Numbered from the stretch's first letter, positions 13,032 through 27,414 are shown. The stretch is DNA of 64,000 nucleotides from Octopus vulgaris (GCA_951406725.2 OX597832.1:67270001-67334000), one strand, 5' to 3'. Made by a program: numbers and translations. The notes: generated by a model from the sequence alone, not told the origin.

Positions 13032-15003
13032 TAGGTGTGGTTGTATGGTAAGAAGCTTGCTTCCCAGAACACTACTACCTACTGCGCATGTTTTGTTTTC
13101 AATGTGCGCATGCGATATTGTCAGCGTTGTGCGTATCACTGAAAGAAGTGACCAAGCTGTGTAAAGCTGGTGAAAAAAGAAGCTCAAATATGAGGTAAGA
13201 CTTTTTTTTTGGGGGGGGGGGGGTCCAGTGGGGGTTTGTTATTTGCGGTAATTATTTTTGCACAAGCAAGAGGTCCTCACTGGATTCTAAACTCTGGTCT
13301 GCCTGCAGTTGAGCAAAAGTGGTTCACTTTTTTTCTCACATAATTGTGAGAATTGTTGCTTGGGGCGTATCGTGCCTCCTAAAAATTTGCTCACTTTTTG
13401 TGAATTTTATAAATAATTGTGAGAATTGCTCTTTTGGGGGAGTGTCTTTGCCTCCGAAGATTGAACGATTTGTATACCAGTTTTTGTGGAAGTTGTGTTC
13501 CAGTTGTGGCATTCCAGATTTGGCCTTCGCCGGAAGAATATTTGCTGCGTTTTTGAACTATTGACTTTCTTTCTTCTAAACTTGAAATACCTTGAAGAGA
13601 GGACGGTGGAATTGAGGACTTACTCCAAGTCGCTCGACAGCATCCCCTATTTGAAAAACTGTAATTGAAAAGGGGTTGAAAGAGTATCTGCCAACTATTA
13701 AATTCATCTCCAGTAGGGTCAAATACGCAACGGTATGGTCGCTATTTGACACCCCTAAAGAGGCTCGCAAATATGCGAGCCAGCCCTTAGAGGCAAAGAC
13801 ATCTCGTTTCTTCCCCCGTATTGTGGGAAGAGGTTGACAAGAGCTTGGGTTTTGGGTTGCCACCCGGGATAAAATCCGAGTGGATAGAGGAGACTATCTG
13901 TCGGGGTCTGGGTTGCAGCTGAGCCAAATTCATTAATGTGAAAGTGATTGGGAATGGGTCAAAAGTAGTTTTGACCCTGTGGAGCCAATCGGCCAATCTG
14001 GTTTCTCCAGATTTTTTTTTAATGGCCAGTGATTCTTGAGGGTCATTCCCCACCAGGTGTCATCGATGCCTGGAGCTTGGCCATATAAATAAAAACGGTC
14101 ACGTAAGAGAAGCACCCTCCCTCAGGCGAGAAGAAAAAAGAGGATGAGGAAGAGAAACGGGACATCGCCGGCAGTCGGTGACATAGTACCAGAATATCCG
14201 GGAATCTCGTCAGTGGGGGTTGTGCCACTGACAGTGGAAGAGATACTGTTGGTGGGAATTGCGCCGCCGACAGTAGAAGTGACTACCTCGATGCCGGAAG
14301 AAGACGAATTATTGGTCTTCTTCTACAGAGGCGGAGAGTTTGAGAATATGTTGGAAAAGCACCATAAGGTAGTACCTTTAGCCTGTACACGGGATCCTGA
14401 ATGGCCTCCGCAGATAGCTGTGGCGGTCATAACGTCGCCCGTGTTGCGTATGCTGCAGGTACTCAACGCGGAATATCACTTGTGGGCGTGCGATGCCGAC
14501 ATGGCACCCACTTTGTGCTCGAAGGAGGCGTGGCTAATGGCGGAGTATGAGCCACAAGCGGTGTTGTGGAGGAATATGGATAAGAGGTTGAAAAGCCTCA
14601 GTGTTAATGAAAGTTCCTAGTCTGGAAAAAAATGTGTCTTAGTGCCTTATTTTGTTATTGAATTGTGAACAATGTAAGAGGTTTGTTGCCTCATTAGTAA
14701 CATAAGATATCAATGTTCTCGGGGAAAAAACGGTCGGTGGGCGTCGCTTTTCCCCCCATTAATCAGCATTTTCATTTTTCATTTCATATTACATTTTGTC
14801 TGTGTCCAGCCAGCAGATTTCTATCTCTATGTAAGGCTTTTATGGCCAATATAATAAAATAAAGAATTTTGCTTCCAAACAACATGGTTCTGGGTTCAGT
14901 CTCACTGCGTGGAACCGTCAGCAAGTGTCTTCCATTTTTGTCGCCGCCCAATCAGACGCTTGTGAGGTTGAAATTGGTAGACGGAAACTGAAAGAAGACC
15001 GTC
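13027..15003 (+). mobile_element. SINE family A copy split by a 1.8-kb insertion
   Basis: Head aggcgtaggtgtggttgtatggtaagaagcttgcttcc (13027-13064) resumes at 14862 (aagaattttgcttccaaacaacatggttctgggttcagtctcactgcgtgg...gacggaaactgaaagaag), collinear with the uninterrupted copy at 44763. Confidence 0.88.
13065..14861 (+). mobile_element. ORF1-only non-autonomous non-LTR element (L1/Tx1-type ORF1-like), copy 1
   Basis: 15-bp imperfect TSD (13050-13064 / 14862-14876). Frameshifted ORF ~13576-14620 (EERTVELRTYS, YLPTIKFIS, WIEETICRGLG; knuckle CHRCLELGHINKNG at 14058-14099). 3' end homologous to 48160-48287 and ends in AATAAA. Confidence 0.8.
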
Positions 15004-15019
15004 CTATATATATATATAT

Positions 15020-15200
15020 ATAACAAAGTGAAGTTGTAAGGTACCGCACGAGTGGAAATATATATGAAAGAAGGTTTGAAATACAATTTTAAAGATGTTT
15101 ATTCATTCGAGCAAAGCTATTCTTCAGAAGCACGAGACGGAGGAAGGTCCAAGAGAAAAGGAAAACGGAGCAACAAAAAAAATCCCCAACGATTTACATG
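15020..15200 (-). mobile_element. Short PLE-LTR-like fragment with a decayed hammerhead-like motif
   Basis: Minus strand CTGAAGA-ATAGC-TTT-GCTC-GAAT at 15105-15127; resembles 23410-23590 and 42460-42640; follows a TA tract. Confidence 0.4.
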
Positions 15201-15278
15201 TGGTTACATTTTGAAATGACCTGGAGGGAATGGGTGAAGAAAAAGTTATTTCTAAGACAGGAGAGCGTAAGAGGAGGT

Positions 15279-15634
15279 TTGTGTGTGTATGTGTGGGTAT
15301 GTGCGTACGCGCGAGTCTGCGTGTGCTCGTGTGTAATAGCATGTGTGCGTTTGTGTATGTGTTCGAGTGTGTGTACGTGAGTGTATGTGCGTGTGTGTGT
15401 GCGGAAGTGTGCGTGCGTGTGTGTATATCCGTATGTGTATGCCCATGTATGTGTAATTGTGTGCGTGTATGTATGAGTGTTGTCTGTGGGGGAGGTATGT
15501 GTGCGCGCTTGTGCGTGTGCGTGTATGTATGTGTGCGTACGTGTGCGTGTATATTCGTGTGTATATGTGAGTGCGTGCGCGTGTGTATTTTGTGTGTAGT
15601 GTGTGCATGCGACTGAGTGTGTGCCCGTGTGTGT
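15279..15634. repeat. Imperfect (GT)n/(GCGT)n microsatellite
   Basis: Alternating purine-pyrimidine tract. Confidence 0.9.
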
Positions 15635-17454
15635 TATATTGATTGGTCTAATTTACACCGAATAGGAATGCCAGAGAAACATTTTATGAAAGGAATGTGT
15701 TATAAGTCCAAACAGCAATTTCTGGGGACTCGGCGATTCATAATAATGTTAATAGACGTAGAACATTACTATAGGTGGCCGTATGGATTTTCAGGGCCCA
15801 ATATAATCAAGTTATTTTTAAAAGCTAAGAACGAAGGTAGAGTCAGAGTTTGCGTACATGATACATATGTGCTGATGTGTTGGGGATGGGGCAGGTTACG
15901 AGATAGAGGAAAACTTTAGTTTCATTGTGCCTCATCAGCCTGCCGTCGATTCTGAGGCCTCCTCGTACCAGTAGAACTTGAATTTAGAATAATAGTCATG
16001 AAAACGTTTGACCAGTATGACTTACGCACCATACCAACCACAGGAAATAAATATAGAGAAAACAGTGGCTGCTGAATGACGTACGCCAAACAAAGAAATA
16101 AAATTTATTGAAATTGCCCCCAGCTTCAAAAACAAACAAAAAACCATAACTAGTTCTAAATGTTTCTGTAGATTTAAAGGTACTCTAAAATAAAAAAAAA
16201 AACTAAACCATAAACAGTTTAAAACGAAGATTTCAAATTATTCAATAGGTTTCGCATAAATTGTAACAAGTCACAGAGTTAAATGCTTCAGCCAGAAGGC
16301 GTTTTTCAATATAGGAGCTATATTTCATTTAATCCCAGTGTTAAATTTAAAAAGAATATTATTATTATTTAGAAATTCATTAGAAATGGATACACACATA
16401 CACATACACACACACGTACTCACATATTCACACATACGCATACATATGCACGCACACGCACACAAAAAAAACACACACACTTCTATTTATACACAGCACG
16501 CACACGTGGAACGAATGTAGGTAAAGAAATTTTCCTAGTAGACAATTAAAGAATGGAAATGAAAGTTTCTGCTGAAGATACTGTGGAAGAGAGAAGTTAA
16601 CGAAAATGTCTATTAAAGGTTTCTGCCTAAAGGCTGAGAATCCTTATCGCGACATTAGTATTTGTAACTGAAGGAAGACACTGCAGTATAATCTTATTGA
16701 ACATAGTGATAAAGATATGGAATAAAATCCATTGATACGTTGATGATTAGAATCACATATTCTACAAGTGCAGCGTTGATAGAAACTAGAATTTTCACAA
16801 ACATAGAAATTGATTTTAAGACCACGAACAAACATGGATTCATGCATTTGCCGCCACTTATTCAGGGAGTTAGTAGTTCTATTTATGACTGGTGTGATTG
16901 TAGATTTATCTCTGACCGTTTGAATGATGAAGTGTATTCCTGAAGTCGTTTCTTTTTCAAGGGAGCGAATGCCTAATACGGAAATCTCTTATGTAGGATT
17001 AAGTATTCTGTCTTTAACATAGTTGAGGAAGAGTTAAAAGAAATGGGGTACTATTTCTAGCTGGAAAAGAAACAACGTAGAGGCATCGATTTTGCTTACA
17101 AGATAACTTGTGCTGGTTGTGGATGATGAGCTGGTTGCTTTTTTGATGCAAACCCCAATGAATCAATCATAAGACTAGGATTCGACTTCTTTCTTCTATA
17201 TCAAGTCACCTAAGAATTTAAACCTGATGATATGTTGACACATATCTAATATTTCTGAAGTCAGTAAGGCCATTTCCTGTCAAATGATATCTTAAACGAT
17301 ATATCAGAAACATGAGGCATAATTTTATTCGATGTTGTGGAATACCTATTCAATCTTCAAATATTAAGTGCGTACATGTATCAATATTTATATATGTACC
17401 TGTAGATACGCAAACACTCATAAACGTGTGGGAAGAAAAATGCGAGAAAGTGAA

Positions 17455-17500
<46 letters not shown>

Positions 17501-17815
17501 GACAGAGAGGGAGAAAGGGTTATAATAATTGCTTCTGATTTAGGCACAACGAAAAGAATTTGAAGCGAGTAGTTAAGTCGAACACATTGACCCTAATAAA
17601 TGAGCGATTTTAACTTTCATGGACCCAGAAAGGAACTGGAATAAATAAATTAAGATGAACCCTCTTCCCACTCCTAACGCTCTCAGACCTGTCTCCATAA
17701 AAGGCTAAATATTTATTGCATCTACAAACAAATATGGAAAGATGTTCTTGGGTTCATTTCCATTGCACGGGATAAGCTTAAACAAGTTACTTCTATTATA
17801 ATACGTCCGAACCGA

Positions 17816-17904
<89 letters not shown>

Positions 17905-17925
17905 GTCTGTCTATCTGTCTATCTG

Positions 17926-17956
<31 letters not shown>

Positions 17957-17960
17957 CTCC

Positions 17961-17993
<33 letters not shown>
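17816..17993. repeat. (ATCT)n + (CT)n + (TA)n compound microsatellite
   Basis: Direct runs. Confidence 0.95.
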
Positions 17994-18345
<352 letters not shown>

Positions 18346-19266
18346 TCGGCTGATATAATGATTATATATATATATTTTACAAGATTCAACCAACTCACAC
18401 AGCAATTCTCCTTTCGTCAGTCATAATATTTATTGCACTGTACTCTACATATGATCTCTGCCCCATGTTATTTCTGCATACCCTCGACTCCTTCATTTTT
18501 TCTATAGTCATCTACTTTCGATATGGAATATTCCACAGTTTACGAAAAGTCTGGAAAGGTATTGTTGAGGTGGAACTCAACAGACCAATCATTTCAAAGA
18601 TTTCAAAAGAAATATATATAAACACAGTAAGCTAGCATCGTTATCAATGTCTTGTTTATTCTATGAAATCTGTGGTTTGATTTGAAACAGTTTTACATAA
18701 TTTGGAAAGATAGAATATATACAAAAATCTAATTGTAACCAAAAAAAAAAAAAAAAAGAAAAGAAGAAAGAGGAAGAAATGATGGAAAGAAAGAAAGGAA
18801 AAAAAATCGAAATTAGTCCCCAGAATTACTTCGCAGCTATGATATTACAGCATAATATCGACCAGACTATCATTTTATTACATAATTATGAAACGTTCTA
18901 TTTATAAAAGATAACAACAGGCTGTGATGACCTCTCTTGCAATCTTTTGCTTTCCTAATGGTATATAGCATAGAGTTAAACGGAAAGCTTTTGTTATAAT
19001 TAGGATTCGAAAACCGGATCTTGGCTTTGGTTTTGTTCATAAATATATCGCTTCTACAACAGGGCATCCTACACAATAACGATATGTTCTACTAAGATGT
19101 ATCTGGAGCGCTTGTGATAAAGAAATCATTACGGTCATTAGATATAGCCTAAATCGCCGCGTTTATGGCCAATGTTTGTGGTATAATGATAAGCGAGTCG
19201 AATACAACACGTTTCCTGAAACACACAAACACACAGAAGCATTCGCATACACAAACCCAAACCCAC

Positions 19267-19288
19267 GTATATATATATATATATATAC

Positions 19289-19382
<94 letters not shown>

Positions 19383-19832
19383 GTATATATAAATACACAA
19401 ACACATAGGCTATTACAGGGGCGCAGTACGAATTATGAAATATTATAAGATTAATCTATCTCTCTCATTGAGTATTTTCATTCTATTATACTTCTTCGTG
19501 TTGCTCATACACACATGCGTGTCTATGCAAGTAGAAACATGAGACACACATGAAAATATGCACACATACATATATATGAAAGTGTGTATGTATGTGTGCG
19601 TCTGTAAATGTATGTGTATATTATATAGAGATAGAGATACGGATATAATCTCATACATAATTATGTGTATGGATATGAATCTGTATACATACACACACAA
19701 ATATTCATTATAAATCTATTGAAAGATGAACGCTCACGTATCTGTGTATGTGTTTATAGATATATACATATAAACATACGCATGTACGTATATATAAATA
19801 TATATATGTATGCACACACGCAGCCTCACACT

Positions 19833-19890
<58 letters not shown>

Positions 19891-19940
19891 TATATGTATA
19901 GTTATATTAATATATATGTATAATAATGTTTGTGTGTATG

Positions 19941-19981
<41 letters not shown>

Positions 19982-20019
19982 GCACACGCACACACATATA
20001 CGTATTCATATATACATAA

Positions 20020-20088
<69 letters not shown>

Positions 20089-20096
20089 CATATACA

Positions 20097-20160
<64 letters not shown>
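19267..20160. repeat. Cluster of (TA)n/(CA)n microsatellites
   Basis: Several TA runs separated by CA/TG-rich spacers. Confidence 0.9.
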
Positions 20161-20163
<3 letters not shown>

Positions 20164-20989
20164 TTGTACGTGTGTTCTAATCGACACCTTTTCCGCTCCA
20201 GATAGTAGAACGATAAAGGTATTAGAAAATCGCTTTGAAGTAGCAAAAGTTACTTTCGCTCGCATCCTACGGTATAGCCTTCTGATCATAAACATTTTTC
20301 AATGGCTACTAAATTATACTAGACAGGAAATACTCCAAAGCTGGCCTCTAGCACATGAATCTCCTTCTATTCCTGTTCTAATGTGAAATTCAAAATGACG
20401 TTTTATTATTCATACTTGGAAAGACAGCGCGATTGATTTTTCGTCATCGCTTGCTATAAAGTTTTTAACCTAATCCAGTACGTTCACCTTGAAAGCGGAA
20501 TTTAATGGGCTTCCTTTGCTTAATAATATATCTTAAATTCAAGACATTAGTGCTGTTCGCTTTTACTTTAAATACAAAATAAGAAAAGCATAAATATAAT
20601 AATAACGCGATGAAATAAATTAAATAACAGTGTAAAAAGAGAAAAACAGATTTGTGAGAGAGATAGCGTGGTGGGGTTATTGGATAAAGCCTTAAGAAAA
20701 GAAATTACAGTAACGCGTAACAAAAATAATAATAAAGAAACAGCTCGATTGTGTGGGAACAATGCAGGAATTCTATATGAGGAGTTAAGTATCCATAAAA
20801 TCAAACAATAAATCCATGTTGTTTTTCTGAAGAAAAATGCAAAGAAAAAAAGAAAAAAAAGAAAATTACGTACCACTGAAAGAGCGAATAAACTGAAAAA
20901 TAACCAAGACTTGAGGCAATTACAGCAACAACAATAATAATATTCACAACGATAATGTTCATGATGGAGGGTGATTACTGTCACTTTAA

Positions 20990-21006
20990 ATATTATTATT
21001 ACAATT

Positions 21007-21098
<92 letters not shown>

Positions 21099-21622
21099 TG
21101 ACATCATTATTATTGTTTTTAATAATATGGCGTTGATGATAATACTGCTGAGGATAAACGATGTTGACGGTAATGATGTTGATAATGATGATATGATGAG
21201 GAAGTGTAGGAGGAGGATGCGGAAAAACGACGAAGACGAGGAGGAGGGTGAATCTGACGAGGTTGTCGATGATCTAAAAATTTGAGCTGTTATCATATCA
21301 TTTGAAAATCGGAATCTTGGCAGTGCTCTCATATTCCGGATACCAATATCTTACCTTTATTTTCATATGTAGTGTTTGCTATCATTGTTGTTGTTGCTGG
21401 TATAACAACAACAATAACAACAACAATAATAATAATAATAATAATGATATTAATAATAAGAGTAGTAGTAGTAGTAGGAGTGGTGGTGGTGGTGGTAGTA
21501 ATAGTGTTGGTAGTGGTAGTAGTAGTAGAAATTGTAGTAGTAAAATTAGCAGTAGCAGCAACAATAACACTAATAATAATTTATTTTCTTCTTCTTTCTC
21601 TTCTTCTTCTTCTTCTTCTTCT

Positions 21623-21669
<47 letters not shown>

Positions 21670-21672
21670 TTC

Positions 21673-21734
<62 letters not shown>

Positions 21735-21735
21735 G
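20990..21735. repeat. Mosaic of trinucleotide microsatellites (TAT, GAT/GAG, AAC/AAT, TAG/TGG, TTC, TAT)
   Basis: Direct runs that generate spurious poly-amino-acid ORFs. Confidence 0.93.
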
Positions 21736-22242
21736 AGTGAAAGAGCAGTGCATACCATCAAAGTCCAGTATACCCATCATGACTACCCGTCTGATAAGGG
21801 TACACTAGGCACATGCATCACAACCATATGTGCGCGACATGGTGATCTCATATCAAGATAAATAGCGCATGACCTTGCAGGTGGGGGCCCAGTTAAAATT
21901 TTCTTCTGGTTGAGTAGCCCATCCCGTTCAAAAGATCCCTGAATAAGGATCGTTTAAAGACGTTGAACGAACCACCCATGTTTCCAAAGGTGCATTATCC
22001 AAACCTCCAAGAATACCTTTCAACACACGGCTCTGATGCTCCCCCACTACGTCTGCTCGTGATCAGAGATGCACATATCGTCAACCACAAAGGGATATTG
22101 TCAACGAGCAAATCTGTGGTATTGAGCAGAATATTTGCTGTAGCCCATCTTTTATACCAAGACAAAACAATGTACATGATAACAATTCCAATCAGTTAAG
22201 ATCAGGAGCCATGAGAGCCACCATCTGGTACTGCATCAGGGG
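21736..22242. mobile_element. ~500-bp non-coding element embedded in a TAA tract (unclassified)
   Basis: Higher-GC, complex sequence with sharp boundaries against TAT/TAA repeats on both sides; no recognisable ORF. Confidence 0.5.
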
Positions 22243-22309
22243 ATAATAATTATTATTATTACAATTATTATTATTAATATTATTATTTTGTCATTTATCA
22301 CTAAGAATA

Positions 22310-22500
22310 TCTAAGGTAGAAGTTTTAGCACAGGTTTTCATACGCTTAGCGTTTTCTGTGCTTGTTGTATTTGGAATTCACTTAGATGTTCTTTTGCCTC
22401 TTTTGTTATTGAGTATGATGCTTTCTTGTTTTCATACATGGAGACAAGGTTTGATATCCAGTCATCAGTTTTTCAGGTAGATGTCGAGGCCAATTGTGGG
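22310..22500 (-). mobile_element. R4/Dong-like internal fragment
   Basis: TIGLDIYL..TDDWISNLVSMYENKKASYSITKEAKEHL aligns with TIGLAKYL..NDWMLKLVENHERRKKLHSIIKESK in ORF 6345-7640. Confidence 0.7.
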
Positions 22501-22527
22501 TTTATTATTATTATTATTGTTATTATT

Positions 22528-22566
<39 letters not shown>

Positions 22567-22869
22567 ATCATTATTATTATTATTATAATTGTTATATTTT
22601 TAATATTTATGTTGTTTTCCCAGTATACAAGTAGACTCACATGCATGTTTCTCCTATGAGAATTCTCTTAGATACTTTGTTTTTTTCTAAAGATGAGGTA
22701 ACTGTTTTCGCTCATATTGTCGTTTCTGGACTTCTGTTTAACATTACTAGAAGCAACAGGGAACATATAAAAAACTTTTAATAGGATTTTAAAAAATTCC
22801 TCCATTCATCTCTATATATAAGTATGTGTGTGCGTGCGTCTGTGCGCGCGCATGCACGTGCGTGTGTGC

Positions 22870-22936
<67 letters not shown>

Positions 22937-23409
22937 CAACTTCAAGTGTCAACTCCACATCTCTTAAGGCGTTGTCACCTCTTCGAACTGTTTTTAAATG
23001 TAACTGTAGCTAAATGTAAGTGTTAGTGTTCTTTGTTCCTTTACTCACTCGTACGTACGTGTATATATTAACATACATAACATCTATATTCCTCCCTGTG
23101 CCTGTCATCTGTTATGTCCTTGCCGTAAGGCTTTACTTCCACACACGCCACCCTAATTTAATTCGTCCTTAGTCGAAAGACACCTGTTGTTAATGTCCTG
23201 TTATTTGCATTTGTATTTGTGTAACATTTCTCCATTTTTCCCTCCTTGTTTTCGTATACATTCGCTACTCTCTTCAAAAGGAATCTAATGCTCTTAGCTT
23301 CGGTTTTCCTTGGGGCTGGCCAGATTGGAGCAATCTGGGTCCTCAAATCTCACTTTAACATATAATTTAATATACATGCATATATATATATATATATATA
23401 TATATGTAA

Positions 23410-23590
23410 CCATGTATGCATCGCTGCCGATTTTCTTCCTCCGTCTTCCCTTCCTTCGGACTTTCCTCTACTCTGAAGAAGAGCTTGTCTCGAAGCGTTA
23501 AATCTTCTTGAGCGTTTGATAATAGAGTATTTATGCCACGTACTAGCGTTATTATTTTTCTTGTTTGTTCGTTATTTGAATCCACTACAC
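23410..23590 (+). mobile_element. Short PLE-LTR-like fragment with a hammerhead-like motif
   Basis: CTGAAGA-AGAG..CTC-GAAG-CGTTA at 23473-23500 (GAAA mutated); sits between TA and TG tracts. Confidence 0.45.
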
Positions 23591-24399
23591 ACACATGTGT
23601 GTGTGTGTGTATATGTATGAGTACTAAAATATTTTGTCTAAGACTTATTGGAAACTTGACTGTGTTGTTTATTTATATTTTTTATTAATATTTTTCGTTA
23701 TTCCGTCGTTTTGTAGTCACCATGCTTTACTGGCCACCAACAATGTTCATTACTCCCGTTCCTGGCGCTTCCTTTATTAGATGTCAACTGGGCGCTATGA
23801 ATAATTCTTCACAATACGATATTATCGCTCACACCAGAAGTGCTACGAAATATTAAAATTACCTGAGGGAATCCCAAGCTTTTGGTCGACAATAGATAAA
23901 TTTGTTACTCTCTTTACTCCGTGCAATCTCTACAGCTAGACAGAACTGCAATCCCAAAATTTTTATACCATTTGTATTGTTTTACGCCATAGTAAAAATT
24001 CTCTTCCGCTCACTTTCATCTGCTGTGTACATGAAATATTTTCTGCATTTTTAGTTCATATATTATTCTCTGATGTCCTACTAAAGTAAATTATTCACCA
24101 GATGTGAAATGCGGAATCTATCGGAAGCGCAGGATATTATACCATGACTACAAGCACCATGAACACTCATCTTCGTGTTTCACATGTTTCTCTTAGTCCT
24201 TAATATTCTAAACGTCTCCTTCCATATTACATTTGTCAAGGCAACGTGAACTCAGCTATATATGCATATTAATGCCTTTATGTGTGTATCTTCAAAAGTA
24301 CATAGTTTACCATCATGCACTTCATATTTCTACTTGAAAATATTCTTATTCATATAATACATTGCAGCGTACGAAGATTCTTTAACAGAGTGAAAACGC

Positions 24400-24860
24400 A
24401 CAAAAATGCGTCCGTTACATATAACCGTTATGTAAACCTCCTCGAGGAATGTGAAGACGCATGGAAAGCGGAACATTTTCCAATCAAAGTCGGATGTAGA
24501 GGGTTCGTTGGACACAGTGTGAGATGACTGTTGTTATCGCTAGGCCTAACTCATCGTAAAGTCAATACCACCATGACCGATATCCAATCTACAGTGGAGA
24601 AGGCTAGCCACTGGATTTGGTTAAAAAGAGACGATGAGCGATGGCTAGAAGGATATTGAGCTTAATTTGATAACCAGCTGATCTAGCAAGCGGGGCCTCA
24701 TATCAGTGAGGAGGGCCGGTGCGCATTGATGCCGCCGAGAAGTAGGCCCCGAAACGGAACGCATTCTCTCCTGATGACCCAATACACTAGCTGGCTTCCG
24801 GTATCACTTGCATATGACTGGTATCACTTGCATATGCAAGTTGTTTGCAAGACATTTAAC
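24400..24860 (+). mobile_element. HERO/NeSL-like RLE retrotransposon 3' fragment
   Basis: RYVNLLEECEDAWKAEHFPIKVGCRGFVG...VEKASHWIWLKR resembles the PIEVGCRGF / ASxWLWxKR terminus of HERO-type elements. The 3' UTR has a 20-bp-period tandem (24800-24836). Confidence 0.75.
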
Positions 24861-25349
24861 GGGGCAGAAAACAAGCAGAGTGAAATCATGGGAATAAAAT
24901 GGTAGAATGTGTTTCGATTTGAGGAGGCTACAGGAAAAATAAAAATATAATGAGATGAAAGAAAATTTGTTGAATGAATGTAGAATATTATTTACTGTAT
25001 AAAAGAAATAGAGTTTTAATTAAAAATCTAGCAAGCGCTTTTTGTTGTAGTTCTTTGAAGTCAGCCAAAGTTTGTCTTATCAACCACCGCTGTTTATTGT
25101 CTGCGTAATGTTCATTTATGTACAGTGTATATAACAATGAGAATACTTGTATTTCTGTGAGGGTATATAATTTCGCATACTTACACCTATCTGTGAGTAT
25201 GTAAGTGATAAATCTGTTCAAATGTCTGAGATATTTATTATTGTATCTTCTGTTAGTTATCATTAATTACGCTTTTGCAGTTTCCAGTTGTGAAGATATA
25301 ATTCAACAATTATATCATTTAACATTTACGTTGCCTACAGTTCATTAGT

Positions 25350-25645
25350 GGAGGCACATGGCCTAGTGGTTAGAGCAGCGGACTCGGGATCGCGGGTTCG
25401 AATCTCAGACCGGGTGATGTGTGTGTTTATCAGCGAAACACCTAGGCTTCATGCGCCTCCGGCAGAAGGTAATGGCGAACTTCTGCTGACACTTTCGTTA
25501 CAACTTTCTCTCACTCTTTCCTCCTGCATCTTGCAGCTCACTTGCGATGGACCGGCGTCCCGTCCAGGTGGGGAACCTATACGCCAAGGAAACCGGATAA
25601 CGGGCCCTATGTGCCAGGTGTGGCTCCAGAAGGAACAAACAAAGA
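25350..25645 (+). mobile_element. tRNA-derived SINE family C (tail variant 1)
   Basis: A box TGGCCTAGTGG and B box GGTTCGAATC; the first ~190 bp are homologous to 35049-35196 and to 60160-60373 (minus). Confidence 0.85.
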
Positions 25646-25947
25646 AGTTCATAAACTGCATTTCTATATACTAATCTGTATATCACGTATATCCTATCCA
25701 TTTGTCAATCAATCTATACATTAAACAAAAACACATAAGATGAAGGAGTTGTAATGCACCTTTGGGTAACTAAACAAGGAAATAACATGTAATAATAAAA
25801 GCTACCAACCGCCGAATACAAAACCGAATACAAAATAGCTTAGACATAATTATTAACAAATAAAGTTAAAATTAGAACGTGGAAGTATTTTGATACAAAA
25901 CAAATCACACGCGTGAACACAGAAACAAATACAGATGTAGACAGATG

Positions 25948-26076
25948 TACCTACCTACCTACCTACCTACCTACCTACCTACCTACCTACCTACCTACCT
26001 ACCTACCTACCTACCTACCTACCTACCTACATACATACATACATACATACATACATACATACATACATACATACAT
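25948..26076. repeat. (TACC)n + (TACA)n tetranucleotide microsatellite
   Basis: Direct runs. Confidence 0.95.
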
Positions 26077-26720
26077 AAAAATGAGTACTGGTGGAATATT
26101 CCACTGAAAACCTCAATAAAATGTAAGCACAACAGGCCTGATATAATGATTTGGGATATATAAGAGAAACTGTGTACAGTTGTTGAAATTAACTGCCCAG
26201 CGATTGTTAACACAAGGCGGATGGAAAAGAGAATATCTACGCAGAACTATAGAGAAATCTGCAGATACTGTTTCCAGATTACAAGTTTGGTTTTATTCTT
26301 ATAATTAGGCAGGCTCTGGGATATGTAAAACACTGCCTATATACCAATCTTGAGAAATTAGTCTTCTCAAAACCAAGAAAAAGGAAGCTAATTCGAAGAC
26401 TACAGATCCATTCCATCATAGAACTGAAAAATTCTCTGAAGCTTTACAGATCTTTATCATTTAAATATATATGAGCATGTCTAGATATGCATGTATATGC
26501 ACGTGAATACAAGCTGACAACAAAATATACAAATCCGCACATATACATACATACATACATACATACATACATACATACATACATACATACATAAAAACAT
26601 ACATACATGCAAACAAACAAAATCCCGTTGCTGATGTTAAAATTCCAATAACGTGCTTGGATCTAGGTTAGAAACCGGCTCTTTCTCTATTCGTAAGAAA
26701 TCTTGAAATACAACTGAATG
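26077..26720 (+). mobile_element. RLE non-LTR retrotransposon 3' fragment (R4-like) flanked by (CATA)n
   Basis: EYWWNIPLKTSIKCKHNRPDIMIWD..LCTVVEINCP..EKENIYAEL..ALGYV; (CATA)n on both sides. Confidence 0.75.
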
Positions 26721-26738
26721 ACATACATGCATACATAC

Positions 26739-26771
<33 letters not shown>

Positions 26772-27414
26772 CATGCGTACACACACGTATATATATACAC
26801 ACACATACATATATATATATACATACACATATATATATATGTATAGATACACACACGCACATGTGGATACGAAAACTAGTATCTACTTACACATATATGT
26901 AGGTGTAACCGAAAAACCACACCTAACCTTCTTTGATAACTCGTCACTCTTCCATTATCAGTATGATTGTATGTGAGTACAGGCACACACAAACTCACAC
27001 AGACCTATATGTATCATATTCCTATATATAATATTATATATGCATGGACGCAGCCCAAAATTGTCTTTGTTGATACATACACGGAGGAAATTCCTATGAA
27101 ATATAGCCATTCTCTACTGTTCTAGATAATACTTCATTTATAAATGTCACTTGATAGATGTCATATTTTCAATAATTAATACCTATCTTTCATTTGTATT
27201 TGTCCATAATTTATCCGTTTTTATTTTTAATTCTTTGTTGTTCGGGTGTCTTATTACATTGTTAATTCTGTCTTGATTTCCGTCGTTTCGCCTGTTCATG
27301 ACGAGAGGTATTGACGTCTGACACAATATAGAACCGACAAAAACTACATATATACCTATACATGTAGAGACACACACGCACATATACACATGTATGCATA
27401 TATACATATATTCT

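Noticed and set aside
14144-14620. 158-aa ORF as a host gene
   Set aside because: It is the frameshifted C-terminal part of the TSD-flanked ORF1-only element and is homologous to 47800-48100.
16620-17300. Ancient LINE RT remnant (IILLNIVIKIWNKI)
   Set aside because: Only a single weak motif; not enough support.
24745-24785. Permuted hammerhead in the HERO-like 3' UTR (GAAAC...CTGATGA)
   Set aside because: I could not form convincing stems I-III by eye.
25350-25425. tRNA gene (also 18275-18345, 35049-35120, 60300-60373)
   Set aside because: A/B boxes are present, but there is no complete cloverleaf and each continues into a repeated SINE body.
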